A DNA stretch of 63,233 nt, the filler included, from Nemertoderma westbladi (Eukaryota; Animalia; Xenacoelomorpha): the NCBI GenBank assembly GCA_032718475.1. It is 4 parts of 4 records of this genome, joined end to end, with 100 filler letters (N's around TTAATTAATTAA, not from the genome) between each part and the next. Parts side by side here need not be neighbours in the genome. Positions count along the whole stretch, not along the records: positions 25,278 to 46,493 come from JAUCBJ010005685.1; 3 more parts are not named here. One strand, given 5' to 3'. Shown here in pieces: positions 26,509 to 40,015 of the stretch. The first letter of the stretch is position 1, and each line of letters begins with the position of its first letter. Made by a program: the position numbers and the translations under genes. The notes below the pieces were generated by a model. The model was not told where the DNA came from. It did no database searches and saw only the letters and a list, made by a program, of their open reading frames with translations.

Positions 26509-27662
26509 GTTAGAAAACCTTTTTTAGAGTATTCCAGCGCCTGGGGGGGAACTGGCCAGCAAAGGCAAACGTATCAGTTATCCCACAAAAGCTTTTACAC
26601 ATGTGGTGCTCTGCCCCATTATGTTTTGCGGCCGAAAAATGCAAGTCAGAACAAAACTTTTGGTACCGAGTACCACATTGCTAATATATACTGTACTACT
26701 AAAGCGAATCAATTTCACGAACCATTTAGGGCTTACATAAATATCGTCTGATCGATATATTTTGGAGATACTTCATTAATTTTTAAAATTACTCAATTGA
26801 TAATATTTTTAGCTGGACAGTGTGTTGCAGCTATGTCTTAATGATCTGTTGAAACAATAACTCTCATCTCGATGATAGATGATTTATACCCATACATAAC
26901 GACGTATAATGCTTTTATTAATATTTTATTTCACTTCACATCCAGCAATTCTGGTCCTTTTAATACGCATATATTTCCTCTAAATTTAAATTTAATACCC
27001 ATATATTTCATCTAAATTTAAATTTAATACGCATATATTTTATCTCATTCCATATGACATCCAGTCTGTCTCATAATTATTAGCAATGCCCCTTTAATGG
27101 AATATTTCTTATCTATTATACTGTATTTGTATGACCAACATTAAAATACAGTAATAATTTTAATTGGGTGTATTTTAATGTACATTATTTATTGACTCAC
27201 ATTTTAAAATACGTATGTTTTTAACTATTACTTTACCTTTAGTACTTTACCTATTACCTTTACTATTACTTACTTTTAATTATCTAACTGTATTAACTAA
27301 AGTTAATTTGTCAGCATTTTATGTTATCTTTGTTCAAAGTTACAGTATGGTGTAAATTTATATTAATAAATAATAATAATAATATTACATTAGTTATTAT
27401 TTATAAATATAATGTAGAACTTCGATCTTGACGCCTTTCAAACAGGTGTCTGAGCAGTTCCTACTGACAACTCATCCTCTTGTAACGAACGTAACAACTA
27501 CAAAACAAATATATTGAATAACTTATTATTAATAACTTATTTAAGGGAGTAAAGTGAATCTTTGGGCCAAAACGTCCGACAAACAAATCTTGTATTTCAT
27601 TTATTGGGCCGAAACGTCCTAGGCCAAAACGTCTTAGACCGAAACGTCTGTTACCCAAAATC

Positions 27663-27750
27663 CATGGACTTCTAGAATGTTATTTATACCAGGATTGGAA
27701 ACTAGGTAGCTAGCTATAGGCAAAATAAATTAATATTCTAGAAGTCCATG
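27663..27750. mobile_element. 88-bp micro-MITE with CATGG termini
   Basis: TIR catggacttctagaat / attctagaagtccatg; no clear TSD. Confidence 0.55.
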
Positions 27751-30177
27751 AGTAATCGTCTTATTGGCTAATATCTCAGTCAGCTGTTTGTAAGTTACCT
27801 ACAACGCTACAAGATGGACTGTGCTTTGTGCCCTCTCACGCCGGATTATAAAAGCAAATGTACCGGTAAGTGTACTCCGTGCATCTATGCTTTTCTTTTT
27901 ACAGTTTTGAATCTAATCACATGAAAGTTTTTTTATATGATAGATCATATAAATGAAGGTGAGGCAACATAACTATTAGGCGATATTTTGCGATAATAAT
28001 TATGCACCACTAGGTGGTGCTGCAAATTTATGCTAATTTTTTTAGGTTTATTATAAATAGTATTTAAATATTATTAGCAAAAAATTTCGAAAAGTTGTCT
28101 GATACTTTTATGCAGGGTGGCTATGTAGACATCCACAGAAATTTTCAGACTAATTGCTCAAAAATTGTAGAAGTAGTAGGGATTTGAAGTTGACAATTTC
28201 ATAAAAATAATATTTGGAGATAATCGACCTTTTATTATACGTACTGTAGTAAAAGTAATTTCAATAGGTCTCCCTAAATGAAATTTTTTATAACTTTAAA
28301 AGTAAAAGAGCTATTAAATTGTGGTTTTCTGATTTGTAAACACCATTTAATTGTGCATTACATTAACATTTTAATTATCCATTCCCCTGGATGCATATGT
28401 ACCAACTTTTATTTATCCATGTCTTCGCCATTGCACACAAAGTAGACTGTAACTATGTACTTGGAAAGTCAAACTACCCTTAAAACCAGACATTATGGCA
28501 CTTGGATATACCCGGAGTTAACGTTTTCATGCAACTCCCATGCAATATTCAATTGACTTCGAACTTACCGCAATTTGGGCTCCCTTTGGGTTGATTGACA
28601 GTAGTACAACTCTGGTTAACAACAGCTGTGGTTGTGGTTTGGGGGGCCTTTTTTTTTTTTTACATAAGCTCCATTCTAAGCAGCAGTCAAATAGCATGTG
28701 GTAGTGTACCTGTTCAGAGAGGCGCTTTCTTTCCTTCTATGGAATATGGGGCCTTAACCCACCACCACATTATGCACCACATTATGTTAAGCTAAAACTT
28801 GATGACGTATTTTCATGTGGTTGCAAATATCTTTAAACTAAACTTGATAAAAGTTTTATTTATGTAGTGTGAAAAGTGTGAACTAATAATGTAATTTTAA
28901 TCGAGTTCATGATATTAAATGAAAGTAAATACACTTCTTGTTTACTAATAACTTATGTTAACGAATACATTTTTTATTTATAACCACGCCATTTGCATGA
29001 ATTATGGTTTATTAGGAAACCATGTTAAACATTATACAGTACATTATAAAGGCACAGGTGGAAGGAAGCCTTGAGTAGCAGCAGTGCACCTAACATAGTT
29101 AGTTAGCAGAACCAGCAAGTAAGCGCCCTTTTAGACGCCCAGCAGCCCACCCACCACTCACATCAGAGTACTTCCCATTGAATGATTGACATTTCATAAC
29201 GGTAGTTTGCTAGCTTTGATGAGCGCCGCTGTCCCATAGGGCTAATGTAAAAATACTCTCTCGTGGAAGACGATTTTCTGAGTAGATACACTTGGAACCA
29301 AATGTCCCAATGTGGGTCCAAGGGAATGGATAATTCAATTTGTACTGTATAATAGATCATAAAAATAACTTCGACATATTTTGGATCAAAATGGTGTACC
29401 CCCCCCCCCCCTTAAACAAACAGCTTAACCCTTAGATCTTGGCTCAAAAACAACTAATTTGATGGTATAAGGGGGCGTTCATAAAGTATGTCACGCAAAT
29501 TTTCCAGTTTTTTGACCCCCCCTCCCCCTCTGTCACAAAGTGTCACGCAAGCTCGACCCCCCCCCCCCCCCTCTGTGACAAAAATTTGTTTTTCGTAAAT
29601 TTATAAACTCCCCCCCCCCCCCCCCCCCCCCCCACCCTCCCTAGACGAACAATATTTTATTTCAATAATTTAATAACAGTTAGAAAGCATAATAGAAAGT
29701 GAAACATTTTGACTGAAGTAGTTCTTACTAAAAGCATTTACATACATATTTTAGCAGCTTCAAACTACAGTACTGTACATGTACTAGGCAGACTAGACAG
29801 GGGTGCCTGTTAATGTTACAGGGATTAAATTCAATGTTATTGAGTTCATTGTTTTTTCCTTAAAGTCTCCCACTCATCTACAAATATGTTAGTCAAAGTC
29901 AAGCTAAAATTAAGCAGGTTAGTAAAGAAGCAGGTTACAGAGGCGTGTTGGGGGAACCAAAACAATAAACGAAAGTTAACACATGTTACAAGATTATGCA
30001 GGTCTTTATAATTGTTTTTGGGGTATGAAAATTGTTTTTGGGGGAAATAATATTTATGTTGTAAATTGTATATGAAGTTGAAAAATATATCACACTGCTC
30101 CATTTGGGATAGCGAATTTACTTCCTCACAAATAAATAAACAATATGAAACAAAGTAAATAAATAAATCAGTTAGAT

Positions 30178-31572
30178 TTAATTCAGATCGACCACATTTA
30201 ACGCCTCTAAAGTTTCCTCAGCGTCTTCGTTATCATCTGGGAGGGAACTCAGATCGATTGTGGGAATAATCTTTGGCATATCCACCCGTTTCTGACGTCC
30301 TTGAGCGCTTTTATGCCGCTGACAGTAGTTACTCTTACACGATTTGGTGAAAATCTCCTGACAGAACTCCCCGTGGGAAATCTCGAACAGACAGCGCCGG
30401 TACCGGGTTGGGTCGTTGGGGTACCGGAGGTGCGGCGTCCGCCGTGTTCGGACACCGGACGTCCGGGCGGTTTGCACCTTCTTACTGGACGCCCGTACAA
30501 CCTGCACTACTCCCTTGTTACGCGGCTCCACTCGCGGAGAACTTTCCGGCGAAGTTTTACCAAGCTTCACGATTTTTATTTTGCGTTTTGTAGATTTTTT
30601 ATTAGTTTGCTTAGGTTTACTAGAACTCAATATTCTTCTAGAAGTTTCTTTTTGAGATTCTCGAATATTTATAACACTTGCAGATTCTCTTAATTCGTCT
30701 GCGGTAACTTCATCACGAGATGACGATAAACTAACAATAATTTTTGGCGACTTTGTCGCTGATTTATAGAAAGGCCCCGCCCCTCTGATACCGGTACCGG
30801 TACCAGCCTTAGCCACGCTCGATTTTAATGAAGTTGAATTAGTTTGACTTAAATTCGATTTAATTTGGGTTTTATTTTTAGAAAAGTCATATAAATCGCG
30901 GTCCCCACAAGGAACGTTTACTCGAGAGTCCAATAACGAGTTATCCTCATCGGCTTCTATCCAATTACTAGACGCGAAATTAATTGTATCGAGTTGCCCT
31001 GCGAACAATGAATCGAGTCCAGACGTCTCCGGAACAACTTCGAACTCTGTGTTCGATTGGTTTAGAGTCGACAGGTTGCTCTCTGATGTACTACTGCATG
31101 CGTTGTTGTTGTCTGTAGTAGCCAAGGCACCACTCCGTTTCGCAGAATCTTCGTTGAGTATCAGTTGATCTAACAAACAGACTTTATGCACCATTACAGA
31201 CATCAACCTCGCTTTGCACCGGTTGAATTCACTCCTGAAACACTCTTGATCGAAAAGCAACAATTTCATTTTTCTCCTGAGTGTGTGGTAGTTTTGCAGT
31301 GTAGTGAGTTTATCAGGACTTTTATTCGAACCATCTTTTCGTTTCGCTGTCCGAATTCTGAATCTCTTTAAACGCAAACTTTTACTTCGCTTCTTCGTTT
31401 TGGGTTTGTCCACCCGCACATTGGATTTTCTCTTCGTGATCAACTCTGCGCCGTCGCTGTTACATACCGGTACCGGTACTTCGTAATGAGTTTCTGGAGT
31501 CACATTGTCGACATGCGCAGTAATTATGTTACTGACATCATTAGTGTTAGTGGGTACCGGTACATTATCCAT
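30178..31572 (-). CDS. Intronless 464-aa basic protein with INO80E-like coiled coil and C-terminal C3H zinc finger
   Basis: Uninterrupted ATG-to-stop ORF in stop-rich surroundings; aa ~94-141 YHTLRRKMKLLLFDQECFRSEF..RL....K..LLDQL...E resembles the INO80E N-terminal helix; C-terminal CLFEISHGEFC...SNYCQRH. Confidence 0.75.
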   Translation of the reverse strand: MDNVPVPTNTNDVSNIITAHVDNVTPETHYEVPVPVCNSDGAELITKRKSNVRVDKPKTKKRSKSLRLKRFRIRTAKRKDGSNKSPDKLTTLQNYHTLRRKMKLLLFDQECFRSEFNRCKARLMSVMVHKVCLLDQLILNEDSAKRSGALATTDNNNACSSTSESNLSTLNQSNTEFEVVPETSGLDSLFAGQLDTINFASSNWIEADEDNSLLDSRVNVPCGDRDLYDFSKNKTQIKSNLSQTNSTSLKSSVAKAGTGTGIRGAGPFYKSATKSPKIIVSLSSSRDEVTADELRESASVINIRESQKETSRRILSSSKPKQTNKKSTKRKIKIVKLGKTSPESSPRVEPRNKGVVQVVRASSKKVQTARTSGVRTRRTPHLRYPNDPTRYRRCLFEISHGEFCQEIFTKSCKSNYCQRHKSAQGRQKRVDMPKIIPTIDLSSLPDDNEDAEETLEALNVVDLN

Positions 31573-31879
31573 TTCAGCATTTAGGCCCTATCTCCTGATA
31601 TCTGTACCACCGGTTTGATTGATTTTTTCCATATATAAATATATACTGTACTGAATATATACACAATACTGAATACGGTATAGGCATACATAAATCACAA
31701 TTTACCGTTTCAACGTATGCCTTACGTATCCACGTTCTATACATTACATTGGGCGATTTGACATACGCGTAGTCGAATACTGTTTCCTGATTGGTCCAGA
31801 TGAGATACGAGAGAAATTTCATGCAAAACGCTTAGGCCTCCGTTAAATTAGATTTGACACAGAGAGCCCATGGGACCGG

Positions 31880-32890
31880 TGTCCCAGTCGAAATTGCCCC
31901 CTGCGCCTTGCGCGTAATGACCCCCCGCGGGTATACTCGCCTAGCGCGTAATGACCCCCCGGGTATACTCACCTAGCGCGTAATGACCCCCTTCCAGCGT
32001 TCCGCGCCAAATGCCCCACCCCAACTGCAAAGAATTAAGATAAGATTCAGAATTAAGATACTAAATAAGCTGACAGTGCAGCAGTAAACGGTAATGGTAG
32101 GGTCCCGCCTCAATTTTAAAGTCTCAATTTAGGGAAATGAGCAGGTTACAGTGGCACGTTATTTTAACCAAAACAATAAACTAAGCACACTAGAACAGGT
32201 TACAGTTTTATTTTTGAGAATAATCAGCTGTTATTTGCGTCGAATTTTCCCTATGGAGAGGGAATTTTATTGCGTCCAGTTCCCCCCCCCCCCCCCGCCC
32301 CCCCATCCCCTATATGTGCATTCGTGGGCTATCATCTGATCATTGTGTAACTAAACTGAAATCGAACCTTGGTTGCTCTTAATTCAATTCAAGTTAAGAG
32401 CCAGACTTGGTCTCGAATTGGAATAGATTTAATAGGGCCGCTACCATTGACGCTGAAGGGAAATGCGTTAATGACGTACGGACTACTACTAAATGGCCCG
32501 AAGGCTCTTCCTGGAAAAGACTCGCGTTGCGGAATTTCTGTCTGTACGAATTGTTGACTCGCTACGGGGTGGCGTAGCCGGATATCGTGATGTCAGATCA
32601 GGGACGTGAGTTCGTGGCAGAAGTTAATGAGCAGCTACTGTATTTAAGAATACATTTACATTAATGCCACCCACTGTACTGTACATTGTTATGTATCATT
32701 GTATATTGTGTATGGTATTCTGGTATAGGCCTACTTATGATATGTAATAAATAGGTCTGTAAAATGAAATTACAATTGAATCCCTTATTTCAAACCATAA
32801 AATCACCGGGGGGGGGGGGGGGGCATTCTGCGCGGTAGGGGGCTTATATGACCCGGGGGGGGGGGGGGGGGGGCATTTGGCGCTAGGCGA
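31880..32890 (+). mobile_element. Ginger/Gypsy-type integrase relic in a TGT-start element
   Basis: CCGG|TGT left end and subterminal cgcctagcgcgtaatgacccc repeats; 32370-32640 encodes WSRIGIDLIGPLP..GN, TKWPE and RYG..DIVMSDQGREF..VN with frameshifts; right end not resolved. Confidence 0.65.
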
Positions 32891-33137
32891 ATCTTTGTTT
32901 TATACATGGGGGGTCTTTGTTTTGTACATGGTGGGGTCTTTGTTTTGTACATGGGGGGGTCTTTGTTTTGTACATGGGGGGTCTTTGTTTTGTACATGGG
33001 GGGGTCTTTGTTTTGTACATGGGGGGTCTTTGTTTTGTACATGAGGGGGTCTTTGTTTTGTACATGGGGGGGTCTTTGTTTTGTACAGGTCTTGGGTCTT
33101 GGGTCTTTGGTCTTGGGTCTTTATTTTGTACTCTACC
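32891..33137. repeat. 21-22-bp minisatellite (gggggtctttgttttgtacat x~9), probably a MITE end
   Basis: Direct reading; followed by gtcttgg repeats and tttattttgtactctacc. Confidence 0.9.
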
Positions 33138-36100
33138 GTTCTCCGCCCGGTCAATATTTACGATATCTGGATATGACAACAATGTTAAGAAGCGCCCGCA
33201 GGCGCGTATTTGATTCAACGTCGTCAGAAGGAAATCCGAAGGCGAAAATCTTTCCAAGGTTCGGTTCCTCGAGAGTGGCGTATTTTCGATCTGTAGTACT
33301 GTAGTAGGCCTAGCCGATACAGCACTATTTATGAGGCATTATAATTTTATTATAAATCAGCATACGCTACTAGTACTATAAAAGTACACCATGTCCCGTA
33401 ATATAGTGTCATTTTCTGATGACACGGACCCCCCCCCCAGATTTTTCTACAAATCTTTATCATATTGCTTGAAATTTGAAATACAACTAGTTCCACTCAC
33501 CGTTGATGACCCCATGTGTTCGCGCTTTTAGACCTTTAGCAGTTTAACCTGCCAATTTAATCCAACCCTGCCGTCACTGATTTTGATCATATATAAGGAA
33601 GATTGCAACTGACACACGTAGGGATTATGAAATAGCATTTAATTCACACAAAACCACTATAATTTGAGTCACAGTTGCTACCGGTAGACCCTTCCTCTGC
33701 TTACCTCAGTAATCAAGAAAGTTGAGGGGTTTACGATTATTTGTCGGTATTCTCCAAATATAACATCCATTAATATAAACAGCAATTAACACAATATAAA
33801 ACAGCATTAAAACAGTAGTGCGGTGAACAGTCAGTAGGTGTTCATGAAGTGTAGTTTGGTGGTATATTGAGTTTGGTTTGGTGATTCAGGTTAATAGATT
33901 TACGTTCTTATAACTAAGGCCATCAGATGTTCTTGGGCCAAAGTCTGAAACGTCCATACTTAGTACAGAATTCTGAGAGGAATCTAATTCTCAGAAAAAC
34001 GATATCGTTGCGTTTCGAACACAATTCCAGGTTTCTTAAAGTTAAATCGCATGACGACGAGTTCTACCGATCGCACTAAACCATCATCGGATATATGAGT
34101 CTCGATGATACGATTTGTCTGCCACCTCTTACGGGGAAGATCTGATTCCATGATAAGGACCATGTCTCCGGCGCTGACGTTTTCTTGCTGCGCAAACCAC
34201 TTTGTTCGAAGTTGTAGCGTAGGAAGATAATGTTTTTCGAAATGGTCAGCGAAACGACGGGATAATAACTGCATAAGTTGCCAAGTTTGTCGGCAGTATT
34301 CGTCTCCATCTGTTATTTCCGATTGCGGGAGCATGGCTACAGGTTTCTTTAGTAGGAAATGCGTGGGTGTTAGCGCTTCTAGGGAGTCGGGACTCGATGA
34401 GACTGGCATAAGCGGTCTCTCGTTGAGATAGGCGGTGTTTTCTTCCATTAACGTCCGCAAAAGTTCGTCGGTGGGATACGCGCGGCATGGAACTATAAAG
34501 TGAAATGTGGTCTTTACGCTATGTATGAGTCTCTCCCAACTTCCTCCCCACCAAGGGGCGTCGGCGGCGTTGAAGGTCCAGCTAGATGCTGTTACTCTTA
34601 GCTGATCGTCCACCTGTCTTTGGTTCCAATCCTTTACGTAAGCTTTAATCTCGTTATTGGCGCCTATGAAATTAGTTCCTTTGTCAGATCTCAGAGTGTT
34701 GCTAGTCCCAAAATGAGCGATTTGTCGGCGTAAACTCAGTATGAAGCTGTTGGTAGATAGATCGTTCAACATATCTAGATGAATCGCTCTACAAGTCATA
34801 CAGACAAAGATGACGCACAATCGCTTGACTATAGCCCTAGCACGGTATACTTCAATAGGGCCAAATAAATCCACACCAGTATTAGTAAAGGGTGGTTCAT
34901 AACAGCTTACTCGTTCCCTAGGTAATTCTGCCTCTCGCTGTGTTAAAGGCCTACTAAATGATTTCCTACAGGGTATACAGTTCCTAAGAACTTGGTTTAG
35001 AGCTCTACGGGGCTTATTGAAATAATAGCGAGTTCTAATTTCGCTAAGAACTCGTTCTTTACTAGCGTGGTAAAGCTTACTGTGAACATCTACAATCATC
35101 TTGATTTGTATTTCAAGATTTCTAATGAGTATGGGAAACCTAGTGTCAAAGGACAATGGAGCTTTGGTTAATCTCCCTCCGACAAGTATTAACCCATCTA
35201 TAATTGTGCTAGAGAAACGATCCCTTAAGCGCATCTGTGGATTTCTTAACAACAGGAAATATCGTATCGGAATCCTCGTAACATTGAAGGAGTCTCAGTA
35301 TCTGCTTGTTGGTCTCATCATGTTCTTGGTAACTGATCTTCTCAGTCAGAAACCTATCAGGCAGTCTATAAGTGGGAAGGTCTTTAGTAGCATGGACCTT
35401 TTCAGCCACTACTGGAGCAGTATCATTAGCGATCTTCGTCCTGGAATAGTGATGATGGAAACATCTTTTCAAATACACAAGGGCTTTGCAAAGCCGATTC
35501 CAGGAGCTATAATGATCTATCGCCCTTTGTAGGAGAGGAGAGAGTCCTTGGGAGACATCTGGTGTTCCAGATTTCCAGTCTCTTTCTCTGATTTCTATAA
35601 CGGATTTATTTATAGTTCGAGTAGCATCCATGGAAGAATTTAGATCCACAGTGGCGTCACCGGCGGTGTGTAGCACAGACAGATCTATCGCTGGCTTAAA
35701 CAGCTTTGATTTACTCGTCCGGGTTTTCGGTTTGACTTTCTCCGCTCCCTTGGCTTGTCTGATTTCCGCTGTGGTGAGATGAGGGGGCCATTCCTCCTCT
35801 TCTTTACATAGGAAGTCGGGTCCACCTAATCAGTCTGGAGTATCTATCAATTCTTGAGGAGTTGCTCCTCTGGAAGCGATGTCAGCTGGATTAATCGTCC
35901 CAGGGGAATGTCTCCATTGATCTATATTAGACCGACTGAGTATAATGGCTACTCTGTTGGTAACAAAGACACTGAACTGACAGACTTCATTAGTTATAGA
36001 CTCCAGAACGAGTAAAGCATAAGACCAATAGACAGTTTTCTCTAGTGGATAGTCGATCTGTTCCGTTACATTCTGGCCGATGATGGCTGTAGTGTATAGA

Positions 36101-38549
36101 GCCGCCTATAACTCCGCTCTGGGAACCCGCAGTTTGTTGTTTATTAGGGCCTTGGAGGCGGCTAATGAAACTTTAATTCCATCGGGAGTTTCAACACTCA
36201 GTTAGGCTACTATATCTATTCCAATATCGCTGTCATCTCCAAAAACATGGAGTTGATAGGAATACGTGGGGAGAACGTGACTGAAATACGAGCGGGAAAT
36301 CTTAAAGTTCTCGATAGATGGTAAAGAATCTTCCCAATTCATCCACTTCTTTAGCAGTTCTCCCTTGCGTGGATCATCCCACGAGTGGTTTTCGAGCCAC
36401 ATTTGTTGTACTAAGCTCCGAGCAACTAGTATGACTGGGCTAATGAATCCCAACGGATCGAAATAAGTGTTCAGAATACTCAGACAAATCCGTTTAGTTC
36501 TAACTGGATTATCCCGTTGCTTCAGTTGAAATAATAAAATATCTCTCTCCATGTCCCATTTCAGACCAAGAGTCTTGGTTTCTGGAAGATCATCCTTAAT
36601 GAGGTCAAGGTCTTTAACACCTCAGTCTTCTACTGGGATTGATTCCAGGAATTCACGGGAGTTACTAGTGAATTTGGTTAGACGAAATCCACCTCGTTGT
36701 AAGCACTCTACCATTCCCTTGGCAACATCAATTGCTTCTTCTATCGATGGGAGGGACTTTAGATTGTCGTCCATGTAAATATCCCGTTTGATGTTGTCGA
36801 TAACCGCTTTTGAGAAGGCTTCTCTATTATCATCGGCAGTGGTGCGCACTACCGAACAAGCGTTCGAGGGGCTCGATATGATCCTGAAAGCCTGGATTGT
36901 CATCCAGTACTCCACCGGTTTTCGGTTGAGGTCTCCTTCAGGCCACCACAGAAATCGTAGGCTGTCTCGATCCCTAGCTAACGCTTTAACTTGCAGAAAC
37001 ATGCCTTCAATGTCGGAAGCGAAGGCGATCGAATATTGCAGCAGTCGTAGTAATATTCCCAACAAAGATTGGAGTAAGTTGGGTCCCGGCAACAGTTCCG
37101 AATTTATGGATTGTCCCATATAAAGGGCGGAGCCGTCAAACACTACCCGGACTTCGTTTGGTTTACCGGGCTTGGGAACGTAATGATGTGTCAAGTAATA
37201 CATTCTCTCAATTATGGGTGTTTCTTCTGGAACTCGCTACGCGTATCCCTTGTCTATAAACTTCTTTAATTAAGTTTTATATATTTCTTTAGCTCGATCG
37301 TTAGCCGTCAAATGCCGATGCAGTTGTGCGATTCTTTTTTCCGCTAAAGGTCGATTATTCATGAAGCTGGGTTCTCTCCGTCTGAAAGGCAGACCAATTT
37401 CATAATGACCTTCATCTTTCAGATAACGTGTGGTCATTACCTGAATCTGCTTGGCTCTCTCTTCTTCGACGGATAATGCTTTGTCGTAGGAATTAGGCTC
37501 TACGGCTTCTTGAGTAAAGAATCGTACGGCATGTTCATCGCGTACCTTACTATTGTACATTGGATTATTACACTATTTTCACCTAGTTCATCCTGGGGAG
37601 TGGATATCGATCCCACGTAGTAGTCGGTTGATACCTTGGATTTCCAAACCTGCATGATCCTGGAAAGGTTCAGTTTGGTTCGGAACTTTGGTTGACTAAC
37701 AAAGATATCTTCAGCTAGGTCTTTGTCTATAAAGGTGCATGTAATGCTGGAGTCAAGGAGGGCATTCACTATTAAGCTCTTCCCTATTCCATGTACTCTC
37801 AGTTGCACCACGGGGAACACTCGGATACCGACAGATGATGTTGAATTTTTCCATGAGAGCTGTCGATCCGGAATCGACAGTCGGGGTTCCTCTCCCTCCG
37901 TTTCGGTCTCATACGTAAGTGCTCGATATACGGTTGTGTTGATCATATAACAGGATTCATTTTCGTCTGAAAATTCATCGGTGTAGAATCCTTCCATCTC
38001 CGAACTGTGGTCAGTGTCGTTCACATCACTGAATTGGACATGTAGTTCGGGTTCACTTATCTGACTCGTCCGGGTCTTATCAAACTCGGTGTGCAGCAAG
38101 ATATGATGTTTCGCGCCACACTTAGCACACCTCGCGTCTCAGTAACAGGTTTTCCTTTGATGTCCTCGCCTGAGGCAGTTATAGCACAACCGTTTATCCC
38201 ACATGACATCACGTCTATCCTTTAGTTCTTTCTTTAAGAATTCTTCATATCCACTCAAGCGATATGGCCCGTCGCACAATACACACTTAGGTTTGATGTT
38301 ACTTACCTTAACCTGTGTTGTATTTTGTACGCTAGCTCTTTCTTCGGGCTTCCTCCCATGAATTCGCTTAGGAGACGTAGGGGGAGTTGTCATCTGTTCC
38401 CTCTTGCCACTGGTTCGAGCCTTAGATTTACTTACGTCTTTCCTGATCTTATTTATGTAGTAAGATCTCTCGGTGTCCTTACCACTATTCTCGTCATAAG
38501 ACGTTTGGCTTTCGTAATCATCTGTATAACACACTGGTGTTACCTTTCT

Positions 38550-40015
38550 CCTAGTAACAGGTTTTTCACTTACCTTACTTTCCGGAGTCTTCTCTCTAGA
38601 CTGTTTTATGAGCTGTAAACTTACCTCTCTGTTTAAGAATGACAGAAGGTCCGCCATGGTTGGGTCTCTATGTTGTTGGTCCATCAGATAGAGAACCTTT
38701 TTGTCCCAGCGAGTACCTACTCCACCCTTTGGGAAAGTTGATGCTACGGCTCCGACAACCATAGAACTCTGGTATTCCTGAGACTTACCCAACCAGTCTA
38801 GCTGTCTACAGATCTCCTGAATCTCATTGGAAAACTCTATAATCCCTCTGCTAGGAAACTTTCGGGGCGCTACTAATTTCGCATACAGATATCTAGCTAT
38901 GTTCGTCCTATTACCATACCTGATATTAAGTGTATCCCAAACTTGTCTCAATCTGTCTGGATGTCCAATAAACTTTAACGCCATTAACTTGTCAGATCCT
39001 TCCAAGCACTCGATGAGGAATCTAAGTTTCTCTCCGTTAGATAGCACAGAGTTCTGTATGTTATCTGTATGCTTTCGCCGTCGTCTGTATAACACACTGG
39101 TATTACCTTTCTCCTAGAAACGGGTTTCTCACCTTATTTTCCGGTGTCACAGAACTCTGGTATTCCTGAGACTTACCCAACCAGTCTAGCTGTCTACAGA
39201 TCTCATGAATCTCATTGGAAAACTCTATAATCCCTCTGCTAAGAAACGTTCGGGGCGCTACTAATTTCGCATACAGATATCTAGCTATGTTAGTCCTATT
39301 ACCATACCTGATATTAAGTGTATCCCAAACTTGTCTCAATCTGTCTGGATGTCCAATAAACTTTAACGCCATTAACTTGTCAGATCCTTCCAAGCACTCG
39401 ATGAGGAATCTAAGTTTCTCTCCGTTAGATAGCACAGAGTTCTGTATGTTATCTGTATACTTTCGCCGTCGTCTGTATAACACACTGGTATTACCTTTCT
39501 CCTAGAAACGGGTTTCTCACCTTATTTTCCGGTGTCTTCTCTCTGGACTGCTTTAGGAGCTGTAATTTTACCTCTCCATCTAAGAATGAAATGAGATCAG
39601 CCATGGTAGGGTCTCTTCGTTGTTGTTCCATCATATATAACACTTTCTTGTCCCAGCGTGTACCTACTCCACCCTTGGGCAAAGTAGATGCTAAGGCTCC
39701 TACAACCATAGAATTCTGGTATTCATGAGACTTACCTAACCAATCTAGTTGTCTACAGATCTCCTGAATCTCGTCGGAAAACTCTATAATCCCGCTGCTA
39801 AGAAACTTTCGGGGCGCCATTAATTTCGCATATAAATACCTAGCTATGTTAGTCCTATTACCATACCTGATGTTTAGTGTATCCCAAACTTGTCTTAATC
39901 CATCTGGATGTCCAATAAACTTTAACGCCATTAACTTGGGAGATCCTTCCAAGCACTCGATGAGGAATCTAAGTTTCTCTCCGTTAGATAGCACATAGTT
40001 CTGTATGTTATCTTT
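38550..40015 (-). repeat. Tandem triplication of the Gag core segment
   Basis: DNIQN.VLSNGEKLRFLIECLEGS..LMALKFIGHPD.LRQVWDTLNIRYGN occurs in ORFs 39491-40378, 39103-39483 and 38139-39095; 388-bp offset between the last two. Confidence 0.9.

Noticed and set aside
32803-33304. Repetitive ORFs and CRISPR-like periodicity
   Set aside because: Head-to-tail minisatellite with no unique spacers and no cas genes; eukaryotic context.
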